Source: Octopus vulgaris | Taxonomy: Eukaryota | Reading direction: 5' to 3' | Assembly: GCA_951406725.2 (NCBI GenBank) | Contig: OX597841.1 | Coordinates: 20,584,001 to 20,648,000 of the forward strand | Length of the DNA stretch: 64,000 nt | In this document: in pieces, positions 62,241-64,000 of the stretch | Layout: each line of letters opens with the position of its first letter | How positions within the stretch are numbered: position 1 is the first letter of the stretch | Program-made: the position numbers and the translations under genes | The notes under the pieces: generated by a model | Databases searched by the model: none | Told to the model about the DNA's origin: nothing | Seen by the model: only the letters and a program-made list of their open reading frames with translations

Positions 62241-63040
62241 GAACATGTTTATCGTTGTAAACATTGGCAAAAACATACCTTAATTCTTATAAGTAATTTC
62301 TACTAATCTATAAAATTTGCCCTTTAACTGTCTTCTTACATTTCATTTCCACTACTTATATCTATTTCCAGACCTTTAAGCTTTATTCCCTTTCGTCTAT
62401 TGCACTATATTTCTTCACTCTTAATTTTCTGTTCATTTCTTTCTTCCTCCTCCTTCTCGTTTTCTAAATTGCCTTTGATGTTAAATCTATTAATGTTTTT
62501 TTAAAAAATAACTTGCCACCATTCCCCTTCATCATATACGTGGTAATTCCATTCAATTAAAATGGCTTATTGATGTGTTTTCTTTCTCTTTTTTTTTCCC
62601 TGATGAGATGATTGCATTTTACTCCCTCTTGAATAATATCAATGTTTTCTTCAAAACATGCCGGAAGTATAAAGATTTGAAGAACACCTATGTTTAACTC
62701 CACTTCTTAATTTATCTATGTTATACAAAAACATTTCACTCAATCTTGCAATTTTTACCTTTTCCTTGGCAATTATGTGAAGTTTTGCTACCCTGGCAAC
62801 TATTTATTTTTTCCGTGTTATTTATACACATTAAATAAATACACATACATTGATGTATATATATATATATATATACATATATATGTATGTGTATATATAT
62901 ATAGATATATATGCATATATATACAGGTATATATACAAATATATATATGTATATATACATACATATATATATGTATGTATAAATACATATATATGTATAA
63001 ATACATATATATGTATAATACATATATATGTATATATACA

Positions 63041-63081
<41 letters not shown>

Positions 63082-63746
63082 CACACATACATATATATGT
63101 ATATAAATGTATGTGTACATTTTCAATGTGTACAAATAACATGGAAAAAATAAATAAATAGTTACCAGGGTAGCAAAAAATTTACATAAGTACCAAGGAT
63201 GTTACAGCCGACTTATAATGGTAGAAATTCCAGGGTTTAGTGAAATGGTTTTGAATAACAGATAAATAAAGAAAAGGATTTAGAAGCGTGTGTTATTCAA
63301 ATCTTTATACTTTCGACATATGTTTCGAAGAAAACATTGGTATTATTCCAGAGGGAATAAAATGATGTAAAACAATGCGATCTTCTTAGGAATAAAAAGA
63401 GAAACAAAACACATCAATAATTCATTTCAACTGAATGTGATTACTGCGTATATGATGAAGGGAATGCTGGCAAGTTATTTCTTAAAAAACTGTTAACAGA
63501 TTTAATGTCAAGGGCAACTTAGAGAAAGAGAAGGAGGAGAAAGAAAGAAATTAACAGAAAATTAAGAGTGGAGAAATACAGTGTGATAGACGAAAGGGAA
63601 TAAAGCTTAAAGGCACATAAATAGATATATTTAGTGGAAATGAAATGTAAGAAGACAGTTAAAGGGCAAATTTTATAGATTAGTAGAAATTACTTATAGG
63701 AAATAAAGGTATGTTTTTGCAAATGTTTACAATGATAAACACATTC
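62241..63746. repeat. About 610-bp-arm diverged inverted repeat (62241-62851 / 63106-63746) around a (TA)n microsatellite; each arm has a decayed hammerhead
   Basis: aagtaatttctactaatctataaaatttgccctttaactgtcttcttacatttcatttccacta is exactly complemented at about 63632-63695; HHR cores at 62596-62666(+) and 63311-63392(-). Confidence 0.9.
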
Positions 63747-63900
63747 TATAAACGTATTTACAAGAGTAGTCTCTGAGAACAGGATGAGATAGAGTTCTTC
63801 ATTACAGAGCGGACAAGAACATTTACCTTTATCATATGGATAGAATATATATATATATATTTATATATATATATATATAAATATACATATCTACATGTAT

Positions 63901-64000
63901 ATCATCATCATCATCGTTTAGCATCCGCTTTCCATGCTAGTATGGGTTGGACGGTTCAACCGGGGTCTGGGAAGCCAGAAGGCTGCACCAGGCCCAGTCT
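63901..64000 (-). mobile_element. RTE family A 3' tail, runs off the window
   Basis: (atc)n gtttagcatccgctttccatgctag...ggctgcaccagg. Confidence 0.88.

Overview
AT-rich, repeat-dense animal genomic DNA. The SINE/LINE families and the very large (TA)n-based compound microsatellites suggest an octopod cephalopod (inference). The only host gene I can support is centrin-3 (CETN3) on the minus strand. Five coding exons at 49622-49757, 42163-42277, 40561-40675, 29326-29402 and 27777-27820 splice in frame with canonical GT-AG sites; the short ATG-bearing first exon was not found and probably lies outside the window. The rest is transposon debris: RTE, CR1 and Tx1/L1 LINEs, Penelope-like elements (PLEs), a Gypsy pol relic, hAT, mariner, Merlin, piggyBac, Helitron and possibly Sola2 relics, and at least three tRNA-derived SINE families. 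The most interesting signal is not in the ORF track. About ten type-I hammerhead ribozyme (HHR) motifs from roughly seven sequence families sit in PLE-type terminal fragments, often as inverted pairs and usually ending at (TA)n tracts. One family includes a TSD-flanked 265-bp element with a tRNA (Pol III) head fused to an HHR tail, a candidate Penelope-mobilised ribozyme SINE. Other points: a PHD finger inside the RTE reverse transcriptase ORF, a SINE tail shared with a CR1 LINE, probable gene conversion between two RTE copies, and long inverted repeats in or upstream of the centrin introns. The Y/I/H/T/C/V/M-rich ORFs are microsatellite artefacts. Exon and ribozyme coordinates were counted by hand; repeat boundaries are approximate.
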